From an uncultured delta proteobacterium (GTDB lineage Bacteria > Desulfobacterota > Desulfomonilia > UBA1062): a stretch of 64,000 nucleotides of DNA. The first letter of the stretch is position 1; each line of letters begins with the position of its first letter. This document shows positions 60,602 through 64,000 of this stretch, in pieces. Both the position numbers and the translations under genes were made by a program. The notes beneath the pieces were generated by a model, which saw only the letters and a list, made by a program, of their open reading frames with translations, was not told the DNA's origin and searched no databases. The stretch lies in NCBI GenBank assembly GCA_963798485.1, contig CAWCTR010000021.1, forward strand, positions 96,001-160,000. The letters run 5' to 3'.

Positions 60602-61054
60602 ATGATGAAAAATGTCCTAAAAGACCAGGAAGGCGTGGTTCTCATACTCGTGCTCATCGTCCTGGTAGCTGCCATCATCATGGGTTTGATGATCATCAGA
60701 TCCTCGGTACAGGAATCGAGAATAGCAGGAAACGAGCAAAGGCACCTCACCCAGTTTGTCGATCTTGAAAGCGCTGTGAACCTCATCCTGATAGAGAACA
60801 CACAATCGGTTTCTGCGGTATCTGATCTCATTGGTACTTCAACCAGCACTATGCCGGCGCCTGGTAATTCTGGCTCAACAGTAAAGGTTGTAGTGACGCT
60901 CACGAATATCGGTACGGCTTTGATTGGAACAGGCAACAGTACTAATTTAAAAACCAGGTATTATACGATCAAGGCAACAGATAATACAGACGATCAGAGT
61001 CTTACCATTGGAGCATACAAGGTATTCCCTTCAGGGCAACCAGTCACACAATGA
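60602..61054 (+). CDS. PilX-like minor pilin
   Basis: G|VVLILVL lacking Glu5, ESRIAGN; ATG 60602 after GGGGAG. Confidence 0.85.
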   Translation: MMKNVLKDQEGVVLILVLIVLVAAIIMGLMIIRSSVQESRIAGNEQRHLTQFVDLESAVNLILIENTQSVSAVSDLIGTSTSTMPAPGNSGSTVKVVVTLTNIGTALIGTGNSTNLKTRYYTIKATDNTDDQSLTIGAYKVFPSGQPVTQ

Positions 61055-61061
61055 GCCTTAA

Positions 61062-61339
61062 CCCGTCTTTCGCAATTCGAGCTGTAGTTGTATAGTATTG
61101 GTAACTACTTGAATTTACGATATCAGGCCTCAAAAGGTCGGCACTACACGAGAGGCATTTTCCCGAGATGAGGTAAGTGTAATGGTCGCGATACGTGGAG
61201 ATGACTGTTTGGGCAGATTCAGGTCAAGCCGATGAAGCAAGAGTTTCTGGTCCTGATCCGGCTGAGTGTACCGGGATAATATTAATCGACGTCCATCCAT
61301 GGTGGGGAGATGAATATCCACCATCTGCATTGCAGAAAA
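61062..61339 (-). mobile_element. IS1634-family remnant (transposase C-terminus plus right end)
   Basis: MQMVDIHLPT.DGR.LILSRYTQP..DQKLLL..L.L.LP.Q..PRI resembles IS1634 transposase C-termini; putative end GAATTGCGAAAGACGGG next to TTAA. Confidence 0.7.
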
Positions 61340-61402
61340 CACATAGCGTTCTTAGGCGCTTCTGGCTTCAATGAGGTTTTCATAGGCGTGCAGATAGGTC
61401 CA
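61340..61402 (-). mobile_element. Degenerate IS3-family integrase-core fragment
   Basis: Minus frame reads WTYLHAYENLIEARSA*ERY, like the IS3 motif VYLHAY....EAR..I.RY. Confidence 0.5.
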
Positions 61403-61426
61403 TCAGAACCGTTCTTCTCACCCAGA

Positions 61427-61840
61427 TCACTTCGGGTCCATCAGCTTTTTGTAGAGTTTTGCGTCAGACTTACCGAGGATATGTGAAATAGCATGTATTT
61501 CAGCAGCAACAAACCCGTCCTTTTGTATTTCATTATTTTTATAGCACTTTGCAAAGACAATGGTCCCCGTTTGCAACGTATCCATTTTGCATTCATGCCC
61601 GTAATTGTCCATGATAACGGTTTTAAGATTCTTCCCTGCGACGGTCGTGTCCACGATGGCCACCCTTTTCTCTGCAACGATGATATAGTCCTTTCCTACA
61701 TACATGATGCTCCCTTGTATTGCCTTGGGACTCCCTTCCCAGATGGTGTCCGCATGAGCACATGAGAGCGGGATCAAACCTGCCGCGAAGAACACCGCAA
61801 TTATCCGCAAAATATTTTTTTTGTTTAGTTTTTGCATCAT
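61427..61840 (-). CDS. Small exported protein at the PilY2 position
   Basis: Signal peptide ending AHA|D, beta-rich mature part, SD AAAGGTGG, directly after pilY1. Confidence 0.65.
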   Translation of the reverse strand: MMQKLNKKNILRIIAVFFAAGLIPLSCAHADTIWEGSPKAIQGSIMYVGKDYIIVAEKRVAIVDTTVAGKNLKTVIMDNYGHECKMDTLQTGTIVFAKCYKNNEIQKDGFVAAEIHAISHILGKSDAKLYKKLMDPK

Positions 61841-61852
61841 ATTACCACCTTT

Positions 61853-64000
61853 CTATTGTTTGAGCCAAAAATAGCGGGTTAGGCCTGTCGAAGCGTTGGT
61901 ATTGTAGGATCCGGTACCTTGTGAAGTACCGACAACCAGGAAGGTGCCTTGCTGGGTGACAACAAGATTCGGCTGTGAGGGTATACCGGTTCCGATAATT
62001 GTGTTCCTGTCGGCTACAGTAGCCCCTGTACTTCCTCCACTTGTCGAGCCTGTTGCATTAAATCCCGCGTATACCGATTCACCGTTCATATAATTAATCG
62101 CATAGAGTCTGCCAACGCCCGAACCAACTCCCGTTGAGCACGAATTGCTCGCAGAGGAGGCTGTGGTCGGACTGAAGGTAGTGAAATAGACAACACCGTT
62201 GAACACGATGGGCGAAGAGACCACCTTTTCTCCTGAATTCTGAAGGGTAATATACCACCCAGGCCCTGTTGCCAGAGTTTGGAGCAATTGCGTTCTCTGG
62301 GCGCTGGTTAAAGTAGTCCCCTGGAGATCATCAGCCGTCACATCCGTAAGATTTGAATCCGTATAGGGGGTACTGTCGTTCCAGGTCACAGGCCAGGTGT
62401 TGTTGATCGCATAAAACCTGTTCACAACGGTTGTATCCAAGGGATTTTCACGGTTACCGCTGCCGATATATACCCAGTCACAGACAGTACCGTTCTCACT
62501 CACCTGTGCAATATCAGGCGCATAGAAGAATTTTCTCAGTGTGCTGGTGGTTCCATCCTGTGTAGCGGCTTGGAAAAGAAGTCTCTTCGTCCAAGTGCCG
62601 TTGTTCGTTCTCCCATTGAATACAAAGAGTTGTCCGCCTAGTGACGGGGCATAGATGGTATCGACACACCCGTCGTTGTCATTATCGTACCCCATGACAT
62701 CCACCATACAGTACGTCATGGATGAGTAGTTCGAATGGTTAAAATTAACATGGCTATCAGGACCGGTGCTGCTTGGAAGATCATAGGCAAAGATCGCCCT
62801 GCCCATGCTGTCGCTTGCCCCCGGGTTTGAAAGGTCCTGGTTGATATCATAACCGCCGGCGAGGAGGAGTGCATCGTGGGAAATCGGTTTGCCGTACGAG
62901 TCCGTGCCGGTCCTCAGTTTACAGTAATGCGGGGTGGACCAGGATTCGCCGAGCGGCTCGCTTGCCGTGCCTAAAATGTTCGATGGTATATACGAAACAA
63001 AAGTCGGCGAAGTATAATTAGTGACATCGAGGATCGTATACTGGTTCGTGAGATTTCCGCCTGTCGAGATATTCAGCCCGCCCCTTCTGAGGCCGAAAGC
63101 CACATAATCTCTTTTTCCACCGCTACTACTGCTCTCATATACGACAGGCGATCCATCCACAAAGTAGTCATGGTTGGTGTCCCCTGGAATATTCACACAG
63201 GAGTTTGTGGATGGAAGGTATTGGAGGTTGGGGAGTATACTCCAGGGGATGAATGCCCATGATTCGGAGACAGTGTCGTCAGTCAGGGTTGTGGTATTAT
63301 GATCGTTGTCTAAAAAACAATGCAAAAATCCGTCGTTGGCTCCGGTAAAGATCACGTTAATATTGTTTTTCGTATCATAAAGCACAGCAGGCTCCGAGTG
63401 AATGATATCGCCGAGTACCCACGTGCGTGCCGTTGTATTGCTGCTATTAGGGGCATAAACACCGCTTGCAGTGACAAAATTGATGAGATCGGCACTCAAG
63501 GTTGTCGTGGTCAAACCGAGGTCGGAAGGCTGTACGTTTGTGGTGTTAAAGTTAAGCAAAGTGCTTCCGGAAGCACCTGCCTTGAATGTCAGGAAGTTCC
63601 TGGACGATTGTGTCAGCAGTTCAGTTCCGGCGCCTCCCGCATTCACCACCATGCCATCGCCTCCGGATACGGTAACCCATGCGGATTGGGCGGTAGCCAA
63701 TAAATTCCCGGTTGTAGTATCGGTTGCCGGTGCCCCGTTTACATCCTGAATCTGCCCGGTCTCACTATAACCCCATTTTTTAATGTTCCCCATCCAGACT
63801 CCGGGGAAATCTGCATTAGGCAAAAAGAGCCCCATGTAAAGGGCATTATTGGCATAGGTCCTGTTGGTTCTGCTCACGGGTACAACAGGGGCAACGTATT
63901 GGGAATTGGTTGTCAGTATACTGGTGATAATAGTTTGAAAAATACTCTGGAGCGAGAGATCGCCCGCTGCATTGAAATACTGGCCCCTGCCATGGTTGGA
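61853..64000 (-). CDS. pilY1: PilY1/PilC type IV pilus tip adhesin (5' part outside the window)
   Basis: Frame open to the window edge (GRGQYF..APVVPVS); LGDIIHSEP, GANDGFLH, WAFIP, YFVDGSP, GLRRGG, LGESWS, Ca-binding DNDNDGCVD, GEKV, VYFTTF. Confidence 0.92.
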   Translation of the reverse strand, partial: SNHGRGQYFNAAGDLSLQSIFQTIITSILTTNSQYVAPVVPVSRTNRTYANNALYMGLFLPNADFPGVWMGNIKKWGYSETGQIQDVNGAPATDTTTGNLLATAQSAWVTVSGGDGMVVNAGGAGTELLTQSSRNFLTFKAGASGSTLLNFNTTNVQPSDLGLTTTTLSADLINFVTASGVYAPNSSNTTARTWVLGDIIHSEPAVLYDTKNNINVIFTGANDGFLHCFLDNDHNTTTLTDDTVSESWAFIPWSILPNLQYLPSTNSCVNIPGDTNHDYFVDGSPVVYESSSSGGKRDYVAFGLRRGGLNISTGGNLTNQYTILDVTNYTSPTFVSYIPSNILGTASEPLGESWSTPHYCKLRTGTDSYGKPISHDALLLAGGYDINQDLSNPGASDSMGRAIFAYDLPSSTGPDSHVNFNHSNYSSMTYCMVDVMGYDNDNDGCVDTIYAPSLGGQLFVFNGRTNNGTWTKRLLFQAATQDGTTSTLRKFFYAPDIAQVSENGTVCDWVYIGSGNRENPLDTTVVNRFYAINNTWPVTWNDSTPYTDSNLTDVTADDLQGTTLTSAQRTQLLQTLATGPGWYITLQNSGEKVVSSPIVFNGVVYFTTFSPTTASSASNSCSTGVGSGVGRLYAINYMNGESVYAGFNATGSTSGGSTGATVADRNTIIGTGIPSQPNLVVTQQGTFLVVGTSQGTGSYNTNASTGLTRYFWLKQ

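Noticed and set aside
61055-61426. Site-specific shufflon at the pilX/pilY1 junction
   Set aside because: No recombinase or repeated crossover sites are visible in the window; IS debris is a simpler explanation

Overview
Dense core-genome region of an anaerobic delta-proteobacterial-type (Desulfobacterota-like) bacterium; the taxonomy is inferred from gene content. (1) 1-22.8 kb is a nitrogen/glutamine hub: amtB-PII-glnD on the minus strand (glnD broken by two +1 frameshifts), a divergent GAF-AAA-HTH NifA-like activator with a sigma54 promoter on each side, a three-gene split glutamate synthase, glnA, carA, a ~1,230-aa GlmS-like protein with an internal catalytic Cys, carB and pyrG. (2) 22.8-41.7 kb holds a CDF transporter, an M23 peptidase, two peroxiredoxins, an RND pump, an orphan HEPN-like ORF, selA, patatin, an RluA/RluD-family synthase, a DciA-like gene, tRNA-Leu(CAG), ribF, a metallophosphoesterase, a GntR regulator and a radical SAM enzyme. 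(3) 41.7-51.7 kb is a chemosensory operon that begins with two STAS genes and ends with a fused pseudo-receiver/anti-sigma-type kinase/PAS/PP2C protein carrying a chemoreceptor-like pentapeptide tail. (4) 52-59 kb holds rapZ, a partial mannose-type PTS, a RimI-PyrK fusion, pyrD and comEC. (5) 59-64 kb holds minor type IV pilins, a scar of two IS remnants and a PilY1 unit in the opposite orientation. Two covarying GTAG-type REP elements are also present. Best candidates for undescribed biology: the chemosensory partner-switch module, the propeptide-bearing giant GlmS, the NifA-like nitrogen-assimilation circuit and the orphan HEPN-like protein. All calls are by-eye motif recognition; no searches were run.
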